From positions 1-61,799 of the forward strand of contig JAHDWR010000001.1 in the NCBI GenBank assembly GCA_023382755.1: a DNA stretch of 61,799 bases, given 5' to 3'. A program made the translations under genes and the position numbers. The notes below the pieces were generated by a model. That model had not been told where the DNA came from. It did no database searches and worked only from the letters and a program-made list of their open reading frames with translations. This stretch comes from Dehalococcoidia bacterium. Lineage in GTDB: Bacteria; Chloroflexota; Dehalococcoidia; Tepidiformales; Tepidiformaceae. This document shows positions 18,896-27,728 of the stretch, piece after piece (the stretch's first letter is position 1; each line of letters begins with the position of its first letter).

Positions 18896-19337
18896 GGACG
18901 ATCCTCAAGTACTGAGTGATGTCGCCGGCGGGAGACCAGAGCATCGAGGGGTGCTGGCTGCGCCAGCCGTCGTGGCCCTCGATGGAGAGCCGGTCGCACG
19001 GCAGGTAGATGCACTGGCCGCCCTTCCAGCCGGGGTTGAAGGCCGGTGGGATGCGTGCCCGCCCGCTGGGCCAGCACGCGGGTGCAAGCGGAGCCTGCCG
19101 CTCGGGGTCCCACGGCTGGGCAGTGGGTGGCGTCTGCGGGTAGTTGGTGAGCTCGAAGCGCAGCGCATACTCCGTGGGTCCGCCCGGCCGCTCGGCCGCC
19201 GAGATCGCGATCACCGCGTGCGGCCAGGCGAGCGAGATCAGGCGCCACCGCCCGCGCTCCACGCCGCTCTGGAATGGACCTGCCTCCAGATGCATGCGGA
19301 AGACCCGCTCGTCGGGGCCCATAGCCGTGCCGGACAT
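18849..19337 (-). CDS. bilB: E2-like ubiquitin-conjugating enzyme homologue, BilB-like
   Basis: 162 aa. GWKGGQCIYLPCDRLSIEGHDGW is a candidate catalytic Cys loop. Operon context between the Ubl and JAB genes. Confidence 0.6.
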   Translation of the reverse strand: MSGTAMGPDERVFRMHLEAGPFQSGVERGRWRLISLAWPHAVIAISAAERPGGPTEYALRFELTNYPQTPPTAQPWDPERQAPLAPACWPSGRARIPPAFNPGWKGGQCIYLPCDRLSIEGHDGWRSQHPSMLWSPAGDITQYLRIVHDLLTSSDYSGPRGA

Positions 19338-19340
19338 TGC

Positions 19341-19859
19341 CTACCCCTCGACGCGCTGCTTGGCGACCAGGTCGAAGCAGAGTCTGCAGTCGGGCGCCGT
19401 GACGAGCGTTCCGATGTGCACGTCCTCATCGGGTCGCGTGCTGGAGTTGCACATCTGGAGCACGTGCTCGGTGGCGTCGACGCTCTGCAGGTTGAACGCC
19501 TTCTTACTGACGGCCCACTTCTTTACCCGCCCCACCGTGGCGGACGGCGGGAAATCCTCACCTGTCGTGTCGCCGTTGAAGTTCACCGACACGGCCACGC
19601 GGCGGCAGCGGTGCACGTGCACCCGCCCGCGGTGGACGATGCCGACGGCGTCGAGGCGCGCGTTGGGCGCCAACGGCTCGTCGGCATCCTCGATAGAGAC
19701 GAGCGCTTCGCCGTCGGGGGTGGTCAGCCCGTGAGCCTTGGCGGCCGTAATGATGTCCTGAGCGGTGCCGTCGCGGGGCACCAGCACCAGCGTAATGTCG
19801 GCGATGCCCTCGCCTTGGAGGAACAGCTCGATCTCGTCGCGCGTGCTCTGATGGGTCAC
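19341..19859 (-). CDS. bilA: Tandem beta-grasp ubiquitin-like protein (multiubiquitin type), BilA-like, ending in Gly
   Basis: 172 aa with two repeats of about 80 aa (IELFLQGEGIADITLVLV... and VAVSVNFNGDTTGEDFPP...). The C-terminus is ...KQRVEG immediately followed by the stop. Confidence 0.6.
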   Translation of the reverse strand: MTHQSTRDEIELFLQGEGIADITLVLVPRDGTAQDIITAAKAHGLTTPDGEALVSIEDADEPLAPNARLDAVGIVHRGRVHVHRCRRVAVSVNFNGDTTGEDFPPSATVGRVKKWAVSKKAFNLQSVDATEHVLQMCNSSTRPDEDVHIGTLVTAPDCRLCFDLVAKQRVEG

Positions 19860-20014
19860 GTCCCTGTCCTTCCACCCGCCACGGCGGGCGATTCGTAGTG
19901 AGGGCGGGACGCGTCGGCTAACACCGGGGCTTACCTCGCCACTCCTACTACGTCAATAACCGCAATCGTGCCGAACCGGATCTCCGACCGTGCGGACCTG
20001 CGCCGACCCGCGGA

Positions 20015-23000
20015 TCAGGCGTCTTCCGCCAGCGGGCAGATGAAGTAGTGTGGGCAGCGCGGGCAGACGCGCTCGCTGGGTTGTGGCGCGTAGTCCCCGA
20101 GCAGGATGCCGACGATGGCGGCATCATAGTGGGCCATACGTGTCTCGATTGTCTTCGGCTTCAACTCGACCGGCTCGACCTGGTCGGTGGAAAGGAAGCG
20201 CACTTGGACTCGCCGCGGGACGCGCGGCGGCGTCTCGCGCGCAGCGACGACGTAGAGCGCGTAGATTTCCTTATCCAGCTCGCTCTTCGTGAGCCGACCG
20301 GTGCGCAGGCGCTCGACGAGCTCGGACCCGTCTTCCAGCGCCTCAACGTGGTCGGGCGTGAATCCGACTCGTCCGTGGCGCAACTGCACCTCCCACTCGG
20401 GCCGCGCCGCAGGGCCGTAGGAGTGAAGCGGGCGCCGTGCGGCGCGCTGTACCATCGCTTCCGCCGAACGGCGGTACAGCATCTCGTAGGGGTGATCGAG
20501 CGGGCCCTGCGCCTCCCACGTCTCAGCCAGCTGCGCCAGTGCCGCCGCCTCGTCAACTGGGCGACCTGCCTCGCGCTCGTCCGACATCCATCGGAGCACC
20601 TGGTAGACGCAAACATGGAACTGCAGGTAAGCCGAATCCTCGCGCTTGGCGCTCAGGCCGAGGACGTACTCGTAGAAGAATTGGCGCGGACAGCGCATGT
20701 ATAGCTCGACTGCCTGGACGGGCCAGGCGACGGGGGACGGCGGTGGGTCGGGCACCGGCACCGGCGTCGGGGCGTTCGACGGCCATATCACCGGACCATC
20801 GGGGTGGGTGGGCAGCAGGTGGCTGATGGCCATGACCAAGCTGGACGGTCCCCTGTTTTGGTTGCCGTACCGCCGGGCGCGGGAGAGGCACAGCACGTCG
20901 CGGGCGCGCGAGAGCGCCACGAAGAACAGGCACTCTTCCTCCTCGTCGTGGTCGTCACCGGACGCCGCTAGCATGCCCGTCGGTGCGGGGCAAGGGCGAG
21001 CCTGGCGCCGTGACGGGAAGATGCCCTGCCCGAGGGCCGGCAGGTAAACGGCGCGAAACTCCAAGCCTTTGCTGGCGTGTACGGTGAGCAGGCGCACCGC
21101 GTCCAACCCGTCGGCCCAGCCGGGCACCTGGCGCAGCTGCTTCTCTTCGCCGAAGATCTCCAGCCGGCGCACGTAGTGGAGCAGACGCCTCTTCGGCTCG
21201 CGCGGCTCGCCCGGCACAGCGGGGCGCTGTTCGTGCACGAACTGAAGGAGCTGGTACAGCGCCAGGAGGCGCTGCCGTCCCACCACCGAGCCGTCGGCCA
21301 GCGCCGCGCGTAGGTAGTCGCCGCGATCGAACAGGTACCGCGACAACAGCGTCCAGGGCCGGCTGCCGTAGCAGAGCCCGTCAACGTGCCGCGCCAGGAG
21401 CGCGATTCCCTCCTTGCCACGCGGCGAGATGCTGTCGGCGTCCTGGGCAAGTTCGAGCGCACGCGGAAACGGGACGCCGCCATCGCCAGCAAGCTTCAGC
21501 AGAACGCGCACGTCGGACAGCGGGATCTGGTACTGGGGAAAGCGGGCGACTCGCACGAGGCCCCGCCCGTCCGGCTCGCAGGTCAAAGCCACAAGCGCAA
21601 GCATGTCGCGGACCTCGGGCCGCTCGAAGAGGTCGCCGAGGTAAAGGACTGGGACCCCGTTGCGCTCGAGTTGCTCCGCGATCTTTCCAAGGTAGGCATG
21701 CGAGCGACAAAGGATAGCCTGCGCGCCGTAGGCGATGCCGGCCGCTCGCTGGTGCTCAATTTCCCGCGCCAGGCCGTCTCCCTCCCCGTAGAGGTCGTCG
21801 GCCACCTGCATCAGCACACGACTGGCCCCGTCAGGGCGTGCGGGTTCCCACGGCGTGAAGGCGGCGCCGCGCGCGGCGCGCATGCCGGGCGCCATCCCCG
21901 CGAAGACGCGGAGGATCGCCGGTTGCGAGCGATAGTTCCGCCCCAGCGCCATGACCTTGGCGCCCGGGAAATCCTCGGCGAAGAGACGCATGTTGACCGG
22001 CGCTGCGCCGCGGAAGCGATAGATGGCCTGCCGCGCGTCGCCTACTACCCACAGGCCCGCCCCAGCGCCGGCGATCTCGCGCAGCAGCAGCCCGCTCGCG
22101 CGGTTGACATCCTGGTACTCGTCGACCAACACGTGGCGATGGGTCCGGCGGACCGCGTCCCGCACGTCGGTGTGCGTCCGCAGCAGTGTGACTGCCTTGA
22201 AAATCAAATCGCCAAAGTCGAGCAGGTGCTCACGGTCGAGCAGCGCTTGGTAGGCCGTGTAAACGCGGGCCACCTCGAGTGCCTTGTCCGCCGCCTCGAC
22301 CTTCGCCGCGTCGGCTGCCTCGTCTCGCATCTGCTGCGCGATCGCGTTGTACTCGGCGGGGCCTACGAGCTCGTCCTTCGCGCGCGAGATGGCGGCCATA
22401 ATGTCGCGCAGGTAAAGGGTCGGCTCATACAGGTTCTGGTAATGGTCGAGTTCCAGCTCGGGCAGGAGGCCCTCGAGCAGGGCCACCGCGTCGGCGGGGT
22501 CTAGCACGTCGGGGCGGGCCGGCAGCCCCAGGTGCGTGCCGTACTTGCGGAGCAGTTCCAGCCCAAAGGCATGAAAGGTGCCCATCCAGATGTGCGGGGC
22601 CGCCGATGGATCGGCGAGGGCGACACGCGTCCGCATTTCCTCGGCGGCACGGTTCGAAAAAGTCAACGCCAGAATCGCAGAGGGCGGCACGACCTGCTGG
22701 AGCAGGAACACGACGCGGCCGACGAGCGTGCGCGTCTTGCCCGTCCCCGGCCCGGCCTCGAGCAGCAGCGGGCCGCGGCGGGCGTGGGCCGCTGCCACCT
22801 GGCTCGGATCCAGCTCGAGCGTCTCCTCCGCAGGCGCGTTGACCGACTCGACGATCTCCGGCGTCAGCAGCGCACGCGCCAGCTGCTGCAGCACCATGCC
22901 CGCTGGCAGCCCGACGCGGGCGGCGATGCCGCTCGCACCCAGCCCTTCCGTTTCGTACCACACGCGCAGCGCGTCGGTCGGCAGCAGGAATTCGCGGGCG

Positions 23001-23410
23001 AAGACGTTCGCCTCGCGCTCGCGCCGTTCCGCAGGGCCGTAGCCCTCGACCCGCTGAACGCCGAGCGGGACGGCCTCCTCGGTCGCCTCGGGGTCGGCAT
23101 CCACCTCGCCGCAGACAGTGTGCTCGCGGTGCCGCCAATAGTGGCCATATTCGTGGGCCTGGTAGAAGCGCGCCAGGCTGGGCTCGGTGTCTCTGTTGAA
23201 CCAGATGGTATCCATGTCGAGGTCGAGTGCCGCCTCGCCGCCATCCAGCAACGCGTCGCCGGCGGGCAGGCCAACGCGCGTCAGCCCGGTCAGCCGGTCG
23301 GCTGCGGCGAGGAGCGCCTCGGCCGAGGGATCGGCCCCAGTCCCACGCAGAACTTCGGCGCGCCGCGCCCGCGCCTCCCACCGCAACTCCTCCCAGTGGC
23401 CCGTCCCCAT
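20015..23410 (-). CDS. Three-domain fusion: ImmA/IrrE-type (M78) Zn-peptidase, UvrD/PcrA-type SF1 helicase and Cas4/AddB-type Fe-S PD-(D/E)xK nuclease
   Basis: Peptidase YQAHEYGHYWRH (HExxHxxxH). Helicase LLLEAGPGTGKTRTL, LTFSNRAAEEM, VLVDEYQDVN, VVGDARQAIYRFRGA, NYRSQ, TVHASKGLEFRAV, FFVALSRAR. Nuclease YMRCPRQFFYEY plus terminal CPRCPHYFICP (4-Cys cluster). Start taken at MGTGHWEEL (23410); the track ORF runs to 23467. Confidence 0.75.
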   Translation of the reverse strand: MGTGHWEELRWEARARRAEVLRGTGADPSAEALLAAADRLTGLTRVGLPAGDALLDGGEAALDLDMDTIWFNRDTEPSLARFYQAHEYGHYWRHREHTVCGEVDADPEATEEAVPLGVQRVEGYGPAERREREANVFAREFLLPTDALRVWYETEGLGASGIAARVGLPAGMVLQQLARALLTPEIVESVNAPAEETLELDPSQVAAAHARRGPLLLEAGPGTGKTRTLVGRVVFLLQQVVPPSAILALTFSNRAAEEMRTRVALADPSAAPHIWMGTFHAFGLELLRKYGTHLGLPARPDVLDPADAVALLEGLLPELELDHYQNLYEPTLYLRDIMAAISRAKDELVGPAEYNAIAQQMRDEAADAAKVEAADKALEVARVYTAYQALLDREHLLDFGDLIFKAVTLLRTHTDVRDAVRRTHRHVLVDEYQDVNRASGLLLREIAGAGAGLWVVGDARQAIYRFRGAAPVNMRLFAEDFPGAKVMALGRNYRSQPAILRVFAGMAPGMRAARGAAFTPWEPARPDGASRVLMQVADDLYGEGDGLAREIEHQRAAGIAYGAQAILCRSHAYLGKIAEQLERNGVPVLYLGDLFERPEVRDMLALVALTCEPDGRGLVRVARFPQYQIPLSDVRVLLKLAGDGGVPFPRALELAQDADSISPRGKEGIALLARHVDGLCYGSRPWTLLSRYLFDRGDYLRAALADGSVVGRQRLLALYQLLQFVHEQRPAVPGEPREPKRRLLHYVRRLEIFGEEKQLRQVPGWADGLDAVRLLTVHASKGLEFRAVYLPALGQGIFPSRRQARPCPAPTGMLAASGDDHDEEEECLFFVALSRARDVLCLSRARRYGNQNRGPSSLVMAISHLLPTHPDGPVIWPSNAPTPVPVPDPPPSPVAWPVQAVELYMRCPRQFFYEYVLGLSAKREDSAYLQFHVCVYQVLRWMSDEREAGRPVDEAAALAQLAETWEAQGPLDHPYEMLYRRSAEAMVQRAARRPLHSYGPAARPEWEVQLRHGRVGFTPDHVEALEDGSELVERLRTGRLTKSELDKEIYALYVVAARETPPRVPRRVQVRFLSTDQVEPVELKPKTIETRMAHYDAAIVGILLGDYAPQPSERVCPRCPHYFICPLAEDA

Positions 23411-23433
23411 TCGCTCTATTATCCGTGCGCCGC

Positions 23434-24081
23434 TTAGCGGCCCTCGCGGTGCGCGAAGGCAAGCCATCGGGCGCGCTGTTCGTCTGTCATCGTCGGGTCG
23501 CTGCGAACTGCTACGAAGAAGTCCTCCGGCTCCGCCAGTTCCGGCGCCCGCTCAGCGTGGTGCTGCGCCGCCGCGGCGAATGTCGGTCCCTGCTGTAGGT
23601 AGCGGGCGACGCTCTCAGTCTGGCGCTGGATCACCGCAGCGAGCACCTCGATCGCCTCGTGCGGAATCGACGCGTAGCGGATTAGCCGGCGATCGAGCTT
23701 ACGGAGTAGGCCGTCGCCGATTCCTGCGGCCCGGGCGAATTCGCGGGGCACGAGGCCGCGGGAGCGCGCTTCGGCCACGAGGCTCTCGAACGGCAGCAAC
23801 GCCGACGTCGAGGTCTGCGTCTGCGGCTGCTTATGCAGCAGGTTCTGGACGACGCTCATACCGCGCAGCACGAGGGTCTCCTCGTCGACCTCATCGGCGT
23901 CGAGTGCAGGCGGGAGTGACCTCATGAGGCTCCAGCTCGCCGCGAATTCGGTCAGCTCGTGCGTGTACTGCGGGTAACGACGAATCCACTCGGCCAGCAA
24001 TGGGCTCTCGGGACCGGCCCCGGACGCAATAAAAGCGTCGAGTACGTCCGCCAGGGTCTGACGCTCCTGTGGGTCGTTCAT
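23434..24081 (-). CDS. HTH-containing protein; putative XRE/ImmR-like partner of the downstream peptidase fusion
   Basis: GLVPREFARAAGIGDGLLRKLDRRLIRYASIP is HTH-like. The MNDPQERQ start (ATG at 24081) forms an ATGA overlap with the sigma-like gene stop. Confidence 0.5.
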   Translation of the reverse strand: MNDPQERQTLADVLDAFIASGAGPESPLLAEWIRRYPQYTHELTEFAASWSLMRSLPPALDADEVDEETLVLRGMSVVQNLLHKQPQTQTSTSALLPFESLVAEARSRGLVPREFARAAGIGDGLLRKLDRRLIRYASIPHEAIEVLAAVIQRQTESVARYLQQGPTFAAAAQHHAERAPELAEPEDFFVAVRSDPTMTDEQRARWLAFAHREGR

Positions 24082-25019
24082 CGTTGTTCTCCTCGCCATG
24101 TCTGTAGGGACTCTTCGGCCTTCTTAAGCCAGTTGCGGATGGTGCGGGGATCCTTGGCGAAATGCCGGCTGATCGTCCGCACCGCCGGGTCCTGGTGCTC
24201 GATCGGCCAATCGAAATAATGACGAAGCAGGAACGCAGAGCGGAAGGGCTCATCGATGCGACTCAGCGCGTCGCGGATCAGCGCGTCGTTGATCACGCCC
24301 ATCTCCCCAGAGGGCGACGTGACCGCGTCGTGGTCTCGCGGCCGTGCCACCCACTCAGGCTCCTCGTCGCCGTCGCGGTCGTAGCCGGGGAGCGAGGACA
24401 ACGACACCGCTGCCCGGTCGCGCTTATGCAGCGTGAGCTGCTGGTTGAACGCGCGGACGGCCAGCCTCTCCAAGGCCGGCCAGAACCGCACCTGGAGGAA
24501 GTCGCCGCGATTGCTGTCGAGGTCCAGGATCGGCGCGAACAGCCTCTCCACAACGTCGTTGTAGCCATCGCGTGCGGCCTCGCCGCCGAGCCGACTCAGG
24601 TGGCCGTCGATGAGCTTGGCGCAGCGGCGCAGCAGCGCCGCTGACAGGTCGCTCACGAGACCCGTTTCGCCCATGCGGTGGTAGTGCCGGATCAGGTAGA
24701 CCAGGCACTCCTCTTGGAGGTACTCGTCGCCTTCCGCGTCTGCTATCGTCACCCGCTCCAGAAGCGGCTCGGGCCGGAGGGCCAATGCTGCGGCGATCTG
24801 CTGCTCGACGGCCGAGTTGCGCTGGTACAGCTCATCGTCGGCATTGCGGTGGGTGAGGGGCTCGACAGGCCCGGGGCCATGCGACTGGCTGTCCTTCAAC
24901 GGCGCGGGTCCTCTCTGCGGCCCGTCCGGACGGGCCCTCATGCCTTCTAATACATCGCGCGCGCCGGGATCGGAAGGCATCAGCCGACGATTGCAGCGCC
25001 ATTCGGCGTGGCGTGGCAC
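24078..25019 (-). CDS. Sigma-70-family (ECF-like) RNA polymerase sigma factor homologue with a long linker between regions 2 and 4
   Basis: Region-2-like LQEECLVYLIRHYHRMGE. Region-4 LSRIDEPFRSAFLLRHYFDWPI...RTISRHFAKDPRTIRNWLKKAEESL. True start uncertain; several in-frame Met lie downstream of 25019. Confidence 0.55.
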   Translation of the reverse strand: MPRHAEWRCNRRLMPSDPGARDVLEGMRARPDGPQRGPAPLKDSQSHGPGPVEPLTHRNADDELYQRNSAVEQQIAAALALRPEPLLERVTIADAEGDEYLQEECLVYLIRHYHRMGETGLVSDLSAALLRRCAKLIDGHLSRLGGEAARDGYNDVVERLFAPILDLDSNRGDFLQVRFWPALERLAVRAFNQQLTLHKRDRAAVSLSSLPGYDRDGDEEPEWVARPRDHDAVTSPSGEMGVINDALIRDALSRIDEPFRSAFLLRHYFDWPIEHQDPAVRTISRHFAKDPRTIRNWLKKAEESLQTWRGEQR

Positions 25020-25487
25020 GGCGACGGTTAGATGCGCGGCGAGCGGTGTTGAAGTCCTCCTCGCGACGCAGCATGGGTCGATGCTCGGTGCAGTCCGAGC
25101 ATCGCATATTTGGTTAGTAGCATCTCTTCAGACTCGATATCGTCCACGACGTAAACCGGATGGGACTGCGGTGGCCCGTGCACAATCGCGCCGGCGACCT
25201 TGGCGGCGATCGTCCTCGAGCTGGCGCTGTGCTCAGTCGGCACGCTCAAGAAGACCAACGGCATGCTGGTGCGACACTCCAACCGCTTCGCCGCAGGGAA
25301 GGCCCGACACGGACGCATCACCCAAGCTCTCGGCATCGGCGAACGAGGCCTCAGTCCAGCGAAGGCCCGAGGCCTCTCAGGTCGGAACATCGCCCAACGC
25401 ACGGAACCGTTTGTAAGGTCCGGGCCGCGCTCGTTGACGTGGAGACAAAGTCGAAGGAAGCCGACGTCTCGGTGGACGATGGGCCGC

Positions 25488-27728
25488 TCAGGTAGGCTCT
25501 GGTACCTGGCTAGAGCAAGCACAGGCTGTCGTAGTGCCAATCGCTTGTCTGTGCGGCCGACTACCGCGTCCCGCCTGGATCGCATCGGGGACAGCCGGCT
25601 CGTTGGATTCCGCGCAGGCGGTACTACGGACCTCGATCGACCGGATGCTCGCAGACGCCGGAAGGTGCCCTGGTGCGAGACCACCGGCGAACTCCTTCGA
25701 TCGCGAGTGCCAGAGGTTAAGGTTGAACTGAAGCGGCTGGTTGGGGATCGGCGTGGGATCCCACGTCATCCGTTCGTAGACGACCTCGCCTTCGACAAGC
25801 CAGCGGATCGTGTTCGGTAGCCAATCAATCTCGTACGTATGGAAGTCGGCGGCGGCGTCGAATCCGAGATCGACCAGGGTTGGCGTGCCGCGGTAGCCGT
25901 ATTCAAGCCTCGTGCCCACGGGCCCAGGGTTGTAGAACACGTTGACGAGCATCTTGCTGGTGTCTTTGCCGAGGAACTCGATGTCGATCTCTTGGCGGGG
26001 ACCGTTTCGGTGAAGGAACATACCGGTGATGAGTCCCGGTGCGCCGGACGGACGGAGTTCAGCCCTGAAATTGCCATAGCGATAGGAGACGCTGCTCGCG
26101 ATCGCTCCCGACGTGAGCTCGCGGACAGACGTCTGCTCCTGACGAAGAGTCAGCAGCGCGTGGCCTTCGTGCTGGCTGACGTTCGCTGGCGTGAACAGCG
26201 CCATGTTGCTCGGGAACGTGTCGTCGCGGAGTTTCCACGCTGAATCGTCGAGCTTGTCGCCGGAGGCCCAATCAACGCGCACAAATGACGTGCGCGAAGC
26301 GGGAGCCGTCTCGACGGCGACGCCGCGCCACTCGCTGTCTGGCCTCAAGATCCACGGCCCAATATCGGACTTCAGATTGGTTGAGTTCCGAGCGCTGTGC
26401 AATGGCATCCGCTGGCGAACGGCGCGGAAGCCACGTTCGCGGTCGGTCGGATACGGGAAGGCCGGATAGTCGGTGTTGAGGAACTCGCTGAGCGCCGCCC
26501 ACTTGTCCTGCACCTCAGGCGTGAACCGAAGGGCACGGTCGTGAACAGCAGGAGGCAGCACCTGATCCGCCGCCGTGCTGATGAACCAGGCGCTAGGAGA
26601 CGCCTTGGCGATCTGCTCGAGTACTTCGATCGAGAGCGAGCCAACGTTGACGTAGGCGTTGAACAACCGTCCTCGCTCTCCCCGGAGCAGACGCTGTCCT
26701 TCGGGTACTGGCAATCGGTCTAAGTCGCTACAGCAGGTGTAGCCGAGCATGGACAGTGCGACGGCAAGCGCGGTCAGTCCGGAGCCCTGTTCGCCAAAGG
26801 CAAGCACTGGCCCGGGCAGTCGCTTGGTCGTCGGCAAGAGCGGCTTCTCACGCGTAATAGCTCCCACTTGGGCGAGTACGGGCAGGACGGAGTATGAATT
26901 GGTGGACGGCTCATCGATACGCTGCTCGATGAGCGGACGTGCCGCGATGTACGCACGCAACCGTCTGAACTGCATGTTCAACCAGAGGTCGATCGGGCCG
27001 TAGACGGGCAGCGCATCGAGCAGTTTCCGCGCGCCTTCGCGACTCAGAACGTAGGCGGAGGCCTCCCATATGCCTGGTTGCTGCAGCCTGCGCGCGCCGT
27101 CCCCTTTGCGGACAGGAGAAGCGTTGCCGACCTCTTTGAAAGCCAGGTAGAGGAGGTCAAAGTCTGGCTCATCGGTCCCCGGGTGCGTAAGCGACGACCA
27201 TGTTGCCTCAAGATCGCGGGCGAAGCCGTAGGTCATGAATACGTCGTCTTCGAGCACCAGTGCACTGGGGACGTCGCCGTTGGCAATCAGCCTCCACACC
27301 TCGATGTGGGAGAGTGCCACGGCGACTTCTTGCTTGGTCATCTCGATCACACGAGCGCGCGAGTCGTCATCGATTCGTAGCAGCGGGTTCGGGTCAACGG
27401 TGAGCTGGTCAGCCAGTGTGAATCGCGGGATCAATACGGCTGGGCCAGGCGTCGCCTCCATATACCGTGAGTCAACGGCAGAGAACCGTCGGGCAATCGC
27501 CGATAGGCGTACATCGTTCCGGTCGCGAAAGCGGTCTAGTTCTCGCCTGACGCGCTGCCACCGGTCAGGTCGCCGGTCGAGGTTGATCACGTAGATGCGA
27601 CGCAACACACCGGGTTCGTTGCTGCGCGAGAACACGGCTGCGCGTCGGCGCCAGTCGAACACTCGGAGGCGAAGCCGCCCGTGATGAAGAAGACTCTGCC
27701 GGAAGTCCGCGGACGAGAGTTTGTTCAT
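25488..27728 (-). CDS. Multidomain glyco-enzyme: family-25 glycosyltransferase, a sulfotransferase-like middle region and a GH16 (concanavalin-like glucanase) domain; no signal peptide
   Basis: GT25 RRIYVINLDRRPDRWQRVRREL. Middle AFGEQGSGLTALAVAL. GH16 catalytic signature PRQEIDIEFLGKDTSK (ExDxE). Start MNKLSSADF (ATG at 27728) forms an ATGA overlap with the upstream gene. Confidence 0.65.
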   Translation of the reverse strand: MNKLSSADFRQSLLHHGRLRLRVFDWRRRAAVFSRSNEPGVLRRIYVINLDRRPDRWQRVRRELDRFRDRNDVRLSAIARRFSAVDSRYMEATPGPAVLIPRFTLADQLTVDPNPLLRIDDDSRARVIEMTKQEVAVALSHIEVWRLIANGDVPSALVLEDDVFMTYGFARDLEATWSSLTHPGTDEPDFDLLYLAFKEVGNASPVRKGDGARRLQQPGIWEASAYVLSREGARKLLDALPVYGPIDLWLNMQFRRLRAYIAARPLIEQRIDEPSTNSYSVLPVLAQVGAITREKPLLPTTKRLPGPVLAFGEQGSGLTALAVALSMLGYTCCSDLDRLPVPEGQRLLRGERGRLFNAYVNVGSLSIEVLEQIAKASPSAWFISTAADQVLPPAVHDRALRFTPEVQDKWAALSEFLNTDYPAFPYPTDRERGFRAVRQRMPLHSARNSTNLKSDIGPWILRPDSEWRGVAVETAPASRTSFVRVDWASGDKLDDSAWKLRDDTFPSNMALFTPANVSQHEGHALLTLRQEQTSVRELTSGAIASSVSYRYGNFRAELRPSGAPGLITGMFLHRNGPRQEIDIEFLGKDTSKMLVNVFYNPGPVGTRLEYGYRGTPTLVDLGFDAAADFHTYEIDWLPNTIRWLVEGEVVYERMTWDPTPIPNQPLQFNLNLWHSRSKEFAGGLAPGHLPASASIRSIEVRSTACAESNEPAVPDAIQAGRGSRPHRQAIGTTTACACSSQVPEPT

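Noticed and set aside
19875-19888. Palindrome CCCGCC-AC-GGCGGG just upstream of the Ubl gene
   Set aside because: It is short and GC-rich, so it is expected by chance in this composition. The 2-nt loop is too tight for an RNA hairpin, and there is no second copy.
25028-25684. 218-aa minus-strand ORF and + strand ORFs in the 470-bp gap between the GT-GH16 gene and the sigma-like gene. The gap also contains a low-GC stretch and the hairpin ATGCTCGG-TGCAGT-CCGAGCAT at 25081-25102
   Set aside because: The translations are Arg-rich with no recognisable domain, and the 5' part overlaps the GT-GH16 gene. The region is more likely terminator and promoter DNA for the flanking operons. The hairpin alone is too weak to call a terminator or operator.
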